Positions 20,101-29,560 of a stretch of 63,124 nt of DNA are shown piece after piece. The DNA comes from Acidimicrobiales bacterium (GTDB lineage Bacteria > Actinomycetota > Acidimicrobiia > Acidimicrobiales > CADCSY01). The stretch lies in assembly GCA_038256565.1 (NCBI GenBank), contig JBBSKG010000001.1, positions 1 to 63,124 on the forward strand, given 5' to 3'. Within the stretch, counting starts at the first letter, position 1; each line of letters opens with the position of its first letter. The notes beneath the pieces are model-generated. The model was not told where the DNA came from. It searched no databases and was given only the letters and a program-made list of their open reading frames with translations. Position numbers and translations under genes: made by a program.

Positions 20101-20682
20101 TGCAAAGCGGACATACGAAGTGACTTCACTTACCAAGAAGCGGTGACGGACACCATCGCCGCTTATCACGGTCATTTCTTCAGGCCACACGCCTTGTAGG
20201 CGAGCAATCTGTTCGCTGTAGCAAGCCATCTGCACTAACGCAGACGGCTTTGCTCGACGGGCAAGTTTCGTATCGGCCACTTCATAGCTCCACGAACCAA
20301 GATCGCTCGGTGCATCAACCCGAAACAAAAAATCGGCTTGGCCTCGCCACATCCCATCGAAAAAGCTGGCCTGATAAATAACCGAGACCCCCTCCCGCAT
20401 GGCCGCCAATGTCGCCGCCTCAGCGGCCCTCAAATCATCAGGCATGTGACCCAAGACCTCGATGCGAGCCACACTCATTCCACTGGCTTCGAGACGCTCC
20501 AGCTCTTCATGCTCGTGCTCATCGCCATACCTAGACAACAATTCACCCTCGGGGTCATCTCGAACGGGCTTTTCTATTTCACCCATAGAAACAAGACGCT
20601 CAAGCTGGGTCAGGTGCTCACATTCCAGAAAGGCTGTGAGATCGCTTGGACTGAAGATGAAAGATTCGCCGACTCGATACAT
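17122..20682 (-). CDS. RecB-family (PD-(D/E)xK, Cas4-like Cys cluster) nuclease fused to SF1 (Upf1/DNA2-like AAA_11/AAA_12) helicase
   Basis: N-terminus SPSDLTAFLECEHLT...D..K..CRLCPWDEVC, resembling TM0106-type RecB-like nucleases. The C-terminal half has Walker A QGPPGSGKTF, DEAGQ, and helicase motifs V/VI (VDRFQGQE, NVAISRAQ). Confidence 0.8.
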   Translation of the reverse strand: MYRVGESFIFSPSDLTAFLECEHLTQLERLVSMGEIEKPVRDDPEGELLSRYGDEHEHEELERLEASGMSVARIEVLGHMPDDLRAAEAATLAAMREGVSVIYQASFFDGMWRGQADFLFRVDAPSDLGSWSYEVADTKLARRAKPSALVQMACYSEQIARLQGVWPEEMTVISGDGVRHRFLVSEVTSYVRFAKQRLIDAVIDDEVPATYPTPVNHCRLCPWDEVCDERRREDDHLSLVARMRGDGVVKLQRAGVSTMGQLARLEPAKSVRGMGAPTVERLYNQARLQVAHRDDGVLRYELLETQGDRQGLAGLPLPSHGDLFVDFEGDPWVGEHGLEYLFGVLESPDASSDVVRKESVHQAPAYKAPAYQALWAHDFVGEKAAFEAFVDLIIERLDADPKMHVYHYAPYEVQAMKKLMSRYATREAQVDHLLRAEVMVDLYRVVSQGVRVSLESYGLKKLEPFYWPQREGAISDGAASVTAYEIWREIQDDETLQELQDYNELDCRSTLALRDWLETLRSELETVQGGAIPRFDPNNYESPEAAAKAEAQAEDLSRSEQEASELVMSLLVGVPAEPEARTGKQQAMWLLAQLVGWHRREAKPKWWAWFDRLARTDEELVTDTESIGELTYMGELGAVKQSIIHRYAFDPVQEHKIKTGDNPTDPLTQKGAGEVHDLDQQKGLIDFKRGKNSKTPHPRSLIPARPFGDQALRMGVVRVAEAALGHGLDGDQTPFRAVSDVVAKVPSRFSGIEAGTQLAGSDESGSDAAVRLAQLLDSSYLAVQGPPGSGKTFTGARLIVALVQAGHRVGITAHSHKAIDNLLDAVCARAKAEGVDLRAVRKVGESASSDSASGSSDPCVQLVDDNKLVEQLVADGQVDVVAGTAWLMSREPMVGALHTLVIDEAGQFSLANMVAVGAAANNLVLLGDPQQLSSPIQAIHPVGADVSALEHILDGAATIAPESGLFLERSFRMHPEICDFVSRLAYDGRLQANEACAIQCIEPAISGLANSESLANSSRLPLPSAGLGWMPIIHEGNRTRSVEEAEAIAVLVSQLLHCSFTNQEGDTRPLGLEDIMVIAPYNAQVALLSEVLPAGVRVGTVDRFQGQEAPVVIYSLAASSADEVPRGLDFLFSPNRFNVAISRAQALAIVVGCPTLLRTRCRRPEQLGLVNALCRFVEQANLIVGL

Positions 20683-20732
20683 GTCTCATCAGTCTGGCCG
20701 ACCCATACGACATCGAACATCTACAACCCCAA

Positions 20733-21044
20733 TCAACAAGCAGTAGCCGCATGCAGGGCTTCACACACAGCATCGAGCTTCTCATGCGAAAGTTGGGTAA
20801 TGCGTTGTGTGCAGAAGACGGGCCGGATCAACGAGATGTTATCGAGGGTGAGCACACATGCGCCTGGCATGCCATCGGATCGATCGAGTGACACTTCGGT
20901 TGGAATACCCCGAATCGTCCTGGTCACAGGAACGCCAATCACCTGGTTCAACACTGTGATGGCTTCAGTCCGAGTCAATATTAAAAACGGCCTCCGGCCT
21001 GAGTCTGGATGTTCGTACCACCAAATATCACCTCGCTCTACCAA
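20733..21044 (-). CDS. mazF: type II toxin, PemK/MazF family endoribonuclease
   Basis: MVERGDIWWYEHPDSGRRPFLILTR...VIGVPVTRTIRGIPTEV is a MazF/PemK signature. 7-nt overlap with the upstream RHH gene. Confidence 0.8.
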   Translation of the reverse strand: MVERGDIWWYEHPDSGRRPFLILTRTEAITVLNQVIGVPVTRTIRGIPTEVSLDRSDGMPGACVLTLDNISLIRPVFCTQRITQLSHEKLDAVCEALHAATAC

Positions 21045-21334
21045 GGATCTAGACCCGCTCTGCGCTCCTCAAGATCTAGCCGTTGTAGTAATTCCAAACT
21101 CGATTGCTTCGCCTGCGCATCAAGGTCACCCCATTCATCGGGAGTCCCAGGTGGAGTGCGTTGATAACCCTCAACAATCTGGTCCCCAATAGATTGCTCT
21201 TGGCTCTGGACAAAAAGGTTCGTGATCGCCTCTCGAATCAGTGCCGAACGAGAAAGATGACGTCGAGACGCCTCTGCGTCAAGCTGAGCGATCATTTCAT
21301 CAGTGAGCTGAACAATGGTCTGCGTTCGCGCCAT
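21038..21334 (-). CDS. ribbon-helix-helix (CopG-like) antitoxin
   Basis: RRHLSRSALIREAI is an RHH strand-helix motif. Positioned directly upstream of and overlapping mazF. Confidence 0.7.
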   Translation of the reverse strand: MARTQTIVQLTDEMIAQLDAEASRRHLSRSALIREAITNLFVQSQEQSIGDQIVEGYQRTPPGTPDEWGDLDAQAKQSSLELLQRLDLEERRAGLDPW

Positions 21335-21409
21335 CGGACCATGGTAGCAATATGATAACCATATGACTAGGGGTCAGCGGATAGGCGGTGATCAATCAGA
21401 TGCAAGCTC

Positions 21410-22039
21410 CTATGAGCCGGACTGACCTCGTTTTGAGATCACGTGGTCAATGATGCCGTAGGTTTGGGCGTCGTCGGGGGTGAACCAACGGTCACGTTCG
21501 GAGTCAATCTCGATCTGTTCTGCGGTCTGACCGGTATGGAAGGCAATGCGCTCGGCCATGACCTTCTTGATGTAGTGAATCTGCTCGGCCTGAATGGCGA
21601 TGTCTGAAACTTGACCACGCACGCCACCAGAGGGCTGATGCATCATGATGCGAGCGTGAGGCAGGGCATAACGCTTTCCCGCCGCGCCAGCACACAAGAG
21701 GAATTGACCCATAGATGCCGCCAAACCCATGCAGATTGTGGCGACATCGGGCTTGATGAATTGCATGGTGTCGTAAATGGCCATGCCAGAGGTGATAACG
21801 CCTCCGGGGCTGTTGATGTACAACCAAATATCCTTGCTGTCGTCTTGGCCCTCAAGATAGAGAAGTTGAGCGATGATCTGGTTTGCAGACACATCGTCAA
21901 CATCAGTGCCAAGCACCACGATGCGGTTTTGCAAGAGTCGGTTGAACACCTCGAATTGCGATGTATTGCCGTTGTCTTTGCTAACTGGTTCAAACGAGTT
22001 GGGAATCGGGTGCTCCATCGGGCGTCCTCCATGTGACAC
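21410..22039 (-). CDS. clpP: ATP-dependent Clp protease proteolytic subunit
   Basis: YINSPGG, GLAASMG (Ser), MMHQP (His) and SERDRWF (Asp). The alternative start MEHPIP at 22018 is also possible. Confidence 0.9.
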   Translation of the reverse strand: MSHGGRPMEHPIPNSFEPVSKDNGNTSQFEVFNRLLQNRIVVLGTDVDDVSANQIIAQLLYLEGQDDSKDIWLYINSPGGVITSGMAIYDTMQFIKPDVATICMGLAASMGQFLLCAGAAGKRYALPHARIMMHQPSGGVRGQVSDIAIQAEQIHYIKKVMAERIAFHTGQTAEQIEIDSERDRWFTPDDAQTYGIIDHVISKRGQSGS

Positions 22040-22090
22040 GTGCCTGCAAGGAAGGCTAGCGGCACAAACCCAAGATGCGAGACACCCTAA

Positions 22091-22190
22091 GGACCAGTGA
22101 CAAAACTACTTGCGCGGCGCTTACATCTTTAACCTTTGTGGTGTATTCACTTTCGGCCTTCGGCCGCGCAAGTAGTTTTGTCTCGGGTCC
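22091..22190 (+). repeat. copy 1 of 100-nt long-stem palindromic interspersed element
   Basis: GGACCAGTGACAAAACTACTTGCGCGGC-44 nt core-GCCGCGCAAGTAGTTTTGTCTCGGGTCC. Identical to copy 2. Flanked TAA|..|TAA. Lies between the clpP start and tRNA-Leu. Confidence 0.9.
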
Positions 22191-22244
22191 TAAAGGTTCG
22201 AGTTCGCTACATCACGCAATAGGCTGTGAGAACCACACCATTCT

Positions 22245-22328
22245 GCGGGCGTGGCGGAATTGGCAGACGCGCCGGGTTTAGGTCCCGGTGGGCTCAGGCC
22301 CTTGGAGGTTCAAGTCCTCTCGCCCGCA
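22245..22328 (+). tRNA. tRNA-Leu (anticodon UAG), class II with long variable arm
   Basis: Acceptor GCGGGCG/CGCCCGC+A, anticodon stem CCGGG/CCCGG with loop TTTAGGT, variable arm TGGGCTCAGGCCCTT, T-arm GGAGG-TTCAAGT-CCTCT. CCA is not encoded. Confidence 0.85.
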
Positions 22329-22398
22329 CTCATTATCAAGAGTTAGAATTGCCATCACGCCAAAAACGCCTAGGCAGTAGAAAGGTGGGGGGGAATAA

Positions 22399-24798
22399 AT
22401 GACCTTTACCCCAGCCATGGCCAGTGTGATGATGGCTATTAGCAGCCTGATCTGCCTGGGATTCGCAATCTACGTTCAAGGTCACCGACGAGCAGTAGCG
22501 AGCCGAAGCCTGACAGCCGTGCTCGTATGTTCCGCACTTTGGGGAGCTTTCTACGGCCTAGAACTCTTCTCCAAAGACCCGGCCACCAAGGAACTCTTTG
22601 GTGACTTTAAATACGTTGGCGTCGTCTTATTGCCAATGAGTTGGCTGGTATTCACATTGCAATTTACCGGGCGCAGTCAACTGGTAACCCGAAAGATGCT
22701 TGGATTATTGGCAATAGAGCCAATCATTGTACTTGGGCTCCTGGCATTTCCCCAAACGCACGACCTCGTCCGGTTCTATCCCCCGCCTCCACTTGATTCA
22801 TTCCCGATCATCGAAGTCGGTCCCTTATTTTGGGTCAACGTCGTTTATTTAAACACTCAATCTTTTGTGGCCACCTTATTATTCCTCATAACTCTTGCCC
22901 GCCACGCCCCTCAATACCGCCGCCAAAGACTATGGCTCGCCACCGGATACCTACTGCCATGGGTCCCTAACGTCCTGCACAACTTCAGCATTTATCCAGC
23001 AACTTATTTAGACCTGACACCTGTTGCTCTCAGCATCACTGGCCCAATTCTCGTTTGGGGATTTTTCCGCTCGCGCTTACTTGATATCGCCCCCGTTGCA
23101 CGCAAGCGACTAGTAGACAACATGCCCGATGGTGTGATCGTCGTCGACACCTACCTGCGAATCGTCGATCACAACCCTGCCGCTTCTCAACTTCTTGAGC
23201 TTGGTTCCAAAGATCTAATCGGCGTGAATCTTTCTCTTAGCATTCCGCCGCTCGCCCAAAAGCTCAAACACGGCCAAGGAGTAGGCACACATCAGATCTT
23301 AAAACCAGACAGACCCAGAGCAGGCGATCGCAATACAACAAACAGCGTTCAGGCACTTGAAATAGAAATAACAACCATTGAAGGTTTTGCCACAAGCACC
23401 GATAGATCTGCTGGCTATTTACTCATATTACGTGACATAACAAAACGGCTTGCGAACGAAGAGCGCCTGCAAGCACTGGCTCATTCCGACCCACTAACAG
23501 GGTTAGCAAACAGGACACTCTTTAATGATCGGCTAAACCAAACCCTCGCCCAAGCGAGGCGAAATAACCAATCGTTTGGACTGTTGTTTCTCGATCTCGA
23601 TCGTTTCAAAGTCGTCAACGACACTTTGGGCCATGAGATCGGTGACGGCCTCTTGCAAAAAGTTGGCACCCGCCTACAACAATCCTTGAGAGAAGAAGAC
23701 ACCATCGCACGCATTGGTGGCGATGAGTTCACAGTGCTCATGCCTGAACTCAGTGATGCAATCGATGCGAGCATTGTCGCGAGTAAGCTCATCAAAGCCC
23801 TTGAACAACCATTTGTGGTTCAAGGGCATGAATTATTTATAACAGCGAGCATTGGCGTGGCTAGCTATCCATTAAATGGTGCAAGTGCACACGACCTAAC
23901 GAGTTGCGCTGACAGTGCAATGTATTTAGCCAAGTCGCAAGGGAAAAACCGGTATCACCTAGCGGGCAACTGCTCCGCACGTAGTGGGGACCATCTTCGT
24001 TTTGAAAGCGACCTACGTCATGCTCTCGACAATGGCGATCTGGAACTCCACTTCCAGCCCTGCATTACCATCGGTAACAACTCAATAGACCAACCCGACG
24101 CCATAGACTCGCTCGAAACCCTAGCCAGATGGCACCATCCAAGACGTGGGCAGATCGCTCCCTCTGTCTTCATTCCAATGGCTGAAGAAGCTGGCTTAAT
24201 GCCTGCCCTCGGCCTTTGGGTACTCGAAAAAGCCTGTCAACAGGCCAGTGAATGGCGTAGCGAACACGGTCTTCGTGTGAATATTTCAGTGAATATTTCA
24301 GCGTTTCAGCTTGACCATCATCTACTTGCTCGCCATGTTTTAGAAGCAATCGAACACTCGGGTTTGGCACCTGGCCAACTCATACTGGAACTGAGCGAAC
24401 GCACGGTAGTGGTCGAGTGTGACCCCGTCATTGCTGAACTTGAGACCCTACGTGCCAGTGGTGCCAGGCTAGCTCTTGACGACTTTGGCACCGGCCACAC
24501 GTCGCTTGGCCAACTCAAACGCCTGCGTTTTGACCAATTGAAGATTGACCAAGAGTTCGTCAGAGACATCACCACCGACCCAGACAACGCTGTCATCGTT
24601 GCGGCCATGATCAATCTTGGCCACTCGCTTGGCATGAACGTCGTTGCCGAAGGCGTCGAGAACTCTGACGAACTAGAAGCGCTGCGCTTGTTGGGTTGCG
24701 ACGCCGTACAGGGCTACATGCTTGGAAGGCCTATTCCACATGATGAAATGACCACCTTGTTGGTAGAACGAGCCGCTAGTAGCGATCCTGCCAACTAA
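22399..24798 (+). CDS. membrane sensor with PAS-GGDEF-EAL domains (c-di-GMP turnover)
   Basis: About 7 N-terminal TM helices and a PAS-like segment. GGDEF intact (RIGGDEF). The EAL domain has ETL in place of EAL (LETLARWHHP) and also carries DDFGTG and QGY. Confidence 0.85.
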   Translation: MTFTPAMASVMMAISSLICLGFAIYVQGHRRAVASRSLTAVLVCSALWGAFYGLELFSKDPATKELFGDFKYVGVVLLPMSWLVFTLQFTGRSQLVTRKMLGLLAIEPIIVLGLLAFPQTHDLVRFYPPPPLDSFPIIEVGPLFWVNVVYLNTQSFVATLLFLITLARHAPQYRRQRLWLATGYLLPWVPNVLHNFSIYPATYLDLTPVALSITGPILVWGFFRSRLLDIAPVARKRLVDNMPDGVIVVDTYLRIVDHNPAASQLLELGSKDLIGVNLSLSIPPLAQKLKHGQGVGTHQILKPDRPRAGDRNTTNSVQALEIEITTIEGFATSTDRSAGYLLILRDITKRLANEERLQALAHSDPLTGLANRTLFNDRLNQTLAQARRNNQSFGLLFLDLDRFKVVNDTLGHEIGDGLLQKVGTRLQQSLREEDTIARIGGDEFTVLMPELSDAIDASIVASKLIKALEQPFVVQGHELFITASIGVASYPLNGASAHDLTSCADSAMYLAKSQGKNRYHLAGNCSARSGDHLRFESDLRHALDNGDLELHFQPCITIGNNSIDQPDAIDSLETLARWHHPRRGQIAPSVFIPMAEEAGLMPALGLWVLEKACQQASEWRSEHGLRVNISVNISAFQLDHHLLARHVLEAIEHSGLAPGQLILELSERTVVVECDPVIAELETLRASGARLALDDFGTGHTSLGQLKRLRFDQLKIDQEFVRDITTDPDNAVIVAAMINLGHSLGMNVVAEGVENSDELEALRLLGCDAVQGYMLGRPIPHDEMTTLLVERAASSDPAN

Positions 24799-25379
24799 CG
24801 GTCTAGGTCTAGTTCTCTAGCTAAAATCCGAAAGGCCTGGCCGCGATGCGAAAGATCATGTTTCTCATCGGCGCTCATCTCACCAAACGTTCGTCCGTCT
24901 CCTTCGTCGGGTATGAAAATTGGGTCGTATCCAAAACCGTTAATGCCCCAGGCCTCAAGTGCTATGGAACCCTCACAGACACCTTCTGCCCATAGTTCGG
25001 GGCCGTCTGGGTAAGCGATCAGCGCAATAGTGCGCCACCGAGCACTGCGATCTTCGACACCTTCCATTGCTTCTAACAACTTGGCCATATTGTCTTCGGC
25101 CGTTGCATTAGGTCCCGCATAGCGAGCCGTGTGGACTCCAGGTTTTCCTTCGAGGACAGTTACTTCTAAACCAGTGTCGTCGGCAGCAGTCGCCAAACCC
25201 GTGGCCATCAAAACTGCATGTGCCTTGATGCGAGCGTTGTCGAGGAAAGTTTTTCCATCTTCAATCGGCTCGGGAATATCGGGGGGTCGACTGATCAACT
25301 CGATATCGTCAACCAGGTCAAGCAACTCCATGATCTCGGCGGCTTTTCCAGGATTGGCCGAAGCCACAATTAACTTCAT
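24795..25379 (-). CDS. rdgB: non-canonical purine NTP pyrophosphatase (RdgB/HAM1)
   Basis: MKLIVASANPGKAAEI...DDTGLEV...GFGYDPIF...SHRGQA. Start trimmed to ATG 25379. Confidence 0.85.
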   Translation of the reverse strand: MKLIVASANPGKAAEIMELLDLVDDIELISRPPDIPEPIEDGKTFLDNARIKAHAVLMATGLATAADDTGLEVTVLEGKPGVHTARYAGPNATAEDNMAKLLEAMEGVEDRSARWRTIALIAYPDGPELWAEGVCEGSIALEAWGINGFGYDPIFIPDEGDGRTFGEMSADEKHDLSHRGQAFRILARELDLDR

Positions 25380-25389
25380 ATGCACGCTT

Positions 25390-26127
25390 TCATATACGCG
25401 GCGCTGGAGGCTTAGCCAATATTTCTGCCTGCATGGCAAGAATGTCTTTGATGCCACCAGCTGCGAGATCAGCTAACGCGTCAAGCTCGCCACGGGTGAA
25501 GGGCTTGCCCTCGGCTGTTCCCTGCAACTCAAGAAATGCACCGCTACCGTTCATGACGACATTCATGTCGACCTCGGCTCCGGAATCTTCTATGTAAGCG
25601 AGGTCAAGCATCGGAGCACCGTCAACCATGCCCACAGAGATAGCGGCACAAGCCTCTGTCAATGGGTGACCCTTGAGGCGTCCCGTCTGCATCATGCGGC
25701 TCAATGCATCGTGCAGCGCAACGTAGCCCCCACAAATGGCAGCTGTACGAGTGCCGCCATCGGCTTGGATCACATCGCAGTCAACAATGATCTGCACTTC
25801 AGCCATTGCACTCAGATCAGTAACCGCCCTAAGCGAGCGCCCGATCAGGCGCTGAATCTCTTGGGTACGCCCACTCTGGCGACCCTTTGCTGCCTCTCTC
25901 GCTACCCGCTCACCAGTGGAGCCGGGTAGCAGTGAATACTCCGCCGTAACCCATCCCTTGCCTGTGCCCTTGAGCCACCTCGGTATCTGTTCATCAACAG
26001 ACGCCGTGCACAACACTTTCGTCTTGCCGAAACTCACGAGCACCGAACCGGCGGCCAACTCAGTGAAATCACGCTCAAAACTGACTGGGCGCAGTTGGTT
26101 ATCAGCTCGGCCGTCATTGCGGGTCAT
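25390..26127 (-). CDS. rph: ribonuclease PH
   Basis: [13 protein letters not shown]...[16 protein letters not shown]...[16 protein letters not shown]. Confidence 0.9.
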   Translation of the reverse strand: MTRNDGRADNQLRPVSFERDFTELAAGSVLVSFGKTKVLCTASVDEQIPRWLKGTGKGWVTAEYSLLPGSTGERVAREAAKGRQSGRTQEIQRLIGRSLRAVTDLSAMAEVQIIVDCDVIQADGGTRTAAICGGYVALHDALSRMMQTGRLKGHPLTEACAAISVGMVDGAPMLDLAYIEDSGAEVDMNVVMNGSGAFLELQGTAEGKPFTRGELDALADLAAGGIKDILAMQAEILAKPPAPRI

Positions 26128-26864
26128 ACAGAAACCTCATACCTCTCGTCGATGGCAGCGACCTCGACCGGTGCCCCAAAAGCAGCAGTTGCCTGTGATT
26201 GAGACTCGGCGATATCGATACCGGGTTGAATGTGGGTAATCACCAATCGTGTTACACCAGCTGCCTTAGCCGAAATGCCAGCCTGACGAGCGGACAGGTG
26301 TTGCACGGTACGTTCTTGGTCCACAGGAATGGAAGCCTCGCACAAAGCCAGATCAATGCTTGCACCCAGCTCAGATAACGACCACCCAGCACCCGTGTCT
26401 GACGAGTAACCAAGTGATGCACCTTCTTCGCTGTCTATGCGTACAGCAAGAGTCTCGGGCCCGTGGTCTGTGCGAAAGAATCGCAAAGTCAGTTGCCCAA
26501 TTCGGACTGTGTCGCCGCTTTTCACGACCGTCCAATCAAAGGCGGGTTCGAGCTTGCCGTTTACCTCTTGAGCAAGGCGACGAACCTCGGCAGGCGAATA
26601 GACGGCCACCCCTATACGCTTTCGAATGTAACGCACAACGTTGTGATAGGTGAGCGCATCAACCCAGTGGTCGGGGTGAGCGTGGGTCAACACGACTGCA
26701 TCGAGTGTGTCGAGGTCAATATGGCGTTGCAGGTTGGCGAGTGTTCCTGGGCCAGCGTCTAGCCAAATAGACACGCCTCCTCCCTCAACCAAATAACCAC
26801 TGCACGCTCCGCCTGGCCCTGCATAGGAACCGGAACAGCCAAGCACGGTAACGATCAAGCTCAT
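26124..26864 (-). CDS. MBL-fold metallo-hydrolase
   Basis: THAHPDH metal motif. Conserved murI-MBL-rph-rdgB arrangement. Confidence 0.75.
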   Translation of the reverse strand: MSLIVTVLGCSGSYAGPGGACSGYLVEGGGVSIWLDAGPGTLANLQRHIDLDTLDAVVLTHAHPDHWVDALTYHNVVRYIRKRIGVAVYSPAEVRRLAQEVNGKLEPAFDWTVVKSGDTVRIGQLTLRFFRTDHGPETLAVRIDSEEGASLGYSSDTGAGWSLSELGASIDLALCEASIPVDQERTVQHLSARQAGISAKAAGVTRLVITHIQPGIDIAESQSQATAAFGAPVEVAAIDERYEVSV

Positions 26865-26898
26865 AAAGTCACCCTGTCATTCGTAACCCTGTCATTCG

Positions 26899-27723
26899 TC
26901 ACCATTGAATGGCCTCGACGGCATCAAGCTCGGGACCAAGTAGACGTTGGCCCAGATGGCGAAACCATTCACTGTCACCTGACGATAAAAAGCGATGACG
27001 GCCAGGGCCCGTTGTGGAGCTACGCGTTGAATCACGTGCAAGCGAAGATGTCATCAACAGATTCCTTATCTCAAAAGCAGTCTCGTCAGCCGACGACACC
27101 AGCACCACGTCGCGACCAACCACGTCGCTGATTGTTCGAGCTAAAAACGGATAATGCGTGCAACCGAGCAACAACGTGTCAACCTTCGCCTCACGTACCG
27201 GTGCAAGCAGGCGCTCGGCCAGTACGTGCACCTGATCACTCGCCGTCTCATCTCGTTCAACAAACTCAACGAAACCTGGACACGCCGCACACACCAGCTC
27301 GGTATCACTTGCCTGATTAATTCCTTCAAATGCTCTTTGATATGCACCTGAAGCAACCGTCCCCACTGTGGCGATGAGTCCAATTCGTTTATTGCGAGTA
27401 GCTGAAAATGCCGCCCGTACGCCTGGCCCAATCACACCAACAACGGGAATGGGCAGTGCTGCTTGAAGTTCATCGAGCGCAGCTGCCGATGCGGTGTTAC
27501 AAGCAACCACTAGCATCTTCACATCAAAGCGTTCCACCAGATAGCTGGCGATCTCGTGAGCAAAATCTCGCACCTCACCAAGTGGCCTCGGCCCATACGG
27601 GTAACGAGCTGTATCTCCTAAATAAACGAGATGTTCGGCAGGCAACAAGTCAATAAGAGCGCGGGCAACGGTCAGTCCTCCAAAACCACTATCGAACATG
27701 CCAATCGGACGTTCGTCCACCAA
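26899..27723 (-). CDS. murI: glutamate racemase
   Basis: GMFDSGFGGLTV...VVACNTAS...LGCTHYP catalytic Cys motifs. Confidence 0.9.
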   Translation of the reverse strand: MVDERPIGMFDSGFGGLTVARALIDLLPAEHLVYLGDTARYPYGPRPLGEVRDFAHEIASYLVERFDVKMLVVACNTASAAALDELQAALPIPVVGVIGPGVRAAFSATRNKRIGLIATVGTVASGAYQRAFEGINQASDTELVCAACPGFVEFVERDETASDQVHVLAERLLAPVREAKVDTLLLGCTHYPFLARTISDVVGRDVVLVSSADETAFEIRNLLMTSSLARDSTRSSTTGPGRHRFLSSGDSEWFRHLGQRLLGPELDAVEAIQW

Positions 27724-27799
27724 GACAGGCTACGCCGTTGAAATCACCCCCAGGTGATCTCACAGGTGATCTCAACGGCGTAAAGCCCCAGCGACATAA

Positions 27800-29560
27800 C
27801 TAATTCAGGTCAAGCACCCAAACATCTTGCGGAGAGTTGAAGGCGGCAAAGCCAACATGCTCAAATCCACCAAACACATATATACGATTTCCCGCAGCCA
27901 CTATGTTGTCAATGGAACGAGCCTTAAATGGTGTAGGTGCGGTCTGGTGCCATTGGGCGTCCGTGCCAAGGACCTGCAACATCGGCGGCCTATCTTTAGG
28001 CCCACCCATGTCTTTAGGCCCACCCATGAAGTCAGTCGAGACCCAAGTGTCACCCACCCATTTCAAACTGCTCGCACCAGAAGGACCTTCGCGCCATGTC
28101 CATGTTGAACGATCGAGATAGCGCAAACGATCAAGGTTCAAAGTTCTTTTAGTCTCTTGGCCAATTGATCCGCTATACCCAATGCTTCCACCCAATTTCG
28201 CAGCTTCTTCATCCGTAAGACTCGCATCAATTGGTACGCCTTCGGTCGAATAGATCTGGCCCGACATCCGGCCTTCCATTATTCCTATACTCCAGTCACC
28301 AGAAACTGATGGCAGCTCCCGCCACTCGTTTTGGGAAATATCAAAGAACGCGAAGTGAGTTTCAGCATTAGGAAGGCCACTGAATGTGAATGTGCGTACC
28401 TCATCATTGATGTCTGTCTCATCTGATGGGATTAATGAAACACTTCTAACGAGGACGCCCTCATCGAAAGACCTAACGCCCAAAGGGTAGCCCTGACCCC
28501 ACCAATAGCCCTCGCTCGTCTTTGTGCTTTTCGCTAACAATGGGCTGTCTGGAAGTACTTCCCAACTATCTTCACCAACGTCATAGATCGCACCATCAAG
28601 TAATATCGCCGACCCTCCCTTGTCCAAGACCATGTTTTCGGTCTCGAGAGGAATACCTCCCCATGCCACAAGTTCCCCGTCTACAACAACCACCTCCGTG
28701 ATCAAACGTGGACTCAAGGGTGGACCCTCCACTTCACGCCAGTCAGGTTCACCCCTCGACCATATGAAGCCTTTGGATTGTTTTGACTTAATTGTCATAG
28801 GCATCAGAACGAGCGAATCGTCCACCCAGGAAATCGTCATGTCTAGCCATGTATCGGTTACCTCACCAACGCCATTCTCATCACCCGACTGAGTGACCAC
28901 GTTACGTAAAGCTTGCTCGTATGGCCCAAACTTTTCAGTTGTAAACCAAGACAGTCTTTGTACATCAAAGATAGAAAACTGCAATATCTTCCCCGTGAGG
29001 CTTGGGACCACAAGTGGATATCTCTCATCTCCCGTAACCACCTCAAGAATGTTGACTGCAGAACTCGACAGCTCTGATTTTTCCAAAGTCTCCCAACCAT
29101 TAGATGCGGGGTCATATACCGCTGCGTCGTGATAGACGTCTCCCTCAGCATCTGGCGCTCGTCGGGTTAATACGAGAATCCGACCATCATCGAGTGCTTG
29201 ATCGACCACAATCGTTTGATAAGTGAATGGAAGATTAGGCAATTGACTCCAAGTGCCTTTGGGGGCGTCGGGGCTGGCGACGAGTTTTGCCAACTCACCA
29301 TTAACTGGAGCGCCTGCGTTTCCAGTGACCTTTAGGCCAGGTGATTGGTCGTTGTTCACGACATTGACGACCATCACAAGGGCGACAGCAACCGCTACTG
29401 GAATTACCCAGCGAATGTTTCTTGAAGTAAACCCACGGCCTGAACCATTGCTCCCGCTTGAAGTGCGTAGCGGCGAGACTTCAGGAACGGGTAGCAGTGC
29501 CTCATCGACAAGGGCTTTGGCGACAGCGCGCATTTTTAAATCGAGATCGATATCAGACAT
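27800..29560 (-). CDS. putative anti-sigma factor: short cytoplasmic N-terminus, one TM helix, large extracytoplasmic beta-propeller/Kelch-like domain
   Basis: 8-nt overlap with the upstream ECF sigma gene. TM segment WVIPVAVAVALVMVVNVV. Repeated W/G-rich blade-like segments. Assigned from architecture and context only. Confidence 0.5.
   Translation of the reverse strand: MSDIDLDLKMRAVAKALVDEALLPVPEVSPLRTSSGSNGSGRGFTSRNIRWVIPVAVAVALVMVVNVVNNDQSPGLKVTGNAGAPVNGELAKLVASPDAPKGTWSQLPNLPFTYQTIVVDQALDDGRILVLTRRAPDAEGDVYHDAAVYDPASNGWETLEKSELSSSAVNILEVVTGDERYPLVVPSLTGKILQFSIFDVQRLSWFTTEKFGPYEQALRNVVTQSGDENGVGEVTDTWLDMTISWVDDSLVLMPMTIKSKQSKGFIWSRGEPDWREVEGPPLSPRLITEVVVVDGELVAWGGIPLETENMVLDKGGSAILLDGAIYDVGEDSWEVLPDSPLLAKSTKTSEGYWWGQGYPLGVRSFDEGVLVRSVSLIPSDETDINDEVRTFTFSGLPNAETHFAFFDISQNEWRELPSVSGDWSIGIMEGRMSGQIYSTEGVPIDASLTDEEAAKLGGSIGYSGSIGQETKRTLNLDRLRYLDRSTWTWREGPSGASSLKWVGDTWVSTDFMGGPKDMGGPKDRPPMLQVLGTDAQWHQTAPTPFKARSIDNIVAAGNRIYVFGGFEHVGFAAFNSPQDVWVLDLN

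Noticed and set aside
22075-22281. ORFs that read through the 100-nt element (22075-22281, 40566-40766, 44584-44895, 46050-46526, 47198-47398) and share the peptide [19 protein letters not shown]
   Set aside because: The similarity is confined to the repeat itself. The start and stop positions and the flanking residues differ in every copy. The 1-nt deletion in copy 3 changes the frame. The nucleotide palindrome explains the conservation, so these are treated as non-coding.
24276-24299. 12-bp tandem duplication gtgaatatttca x2 inside the EAL domain gene (VNISVNIS)
   Set aside because: This is a two-unit in-frame duplication in a loop-like segment. It is too small to interpret and is noted only as a possible slippage event.
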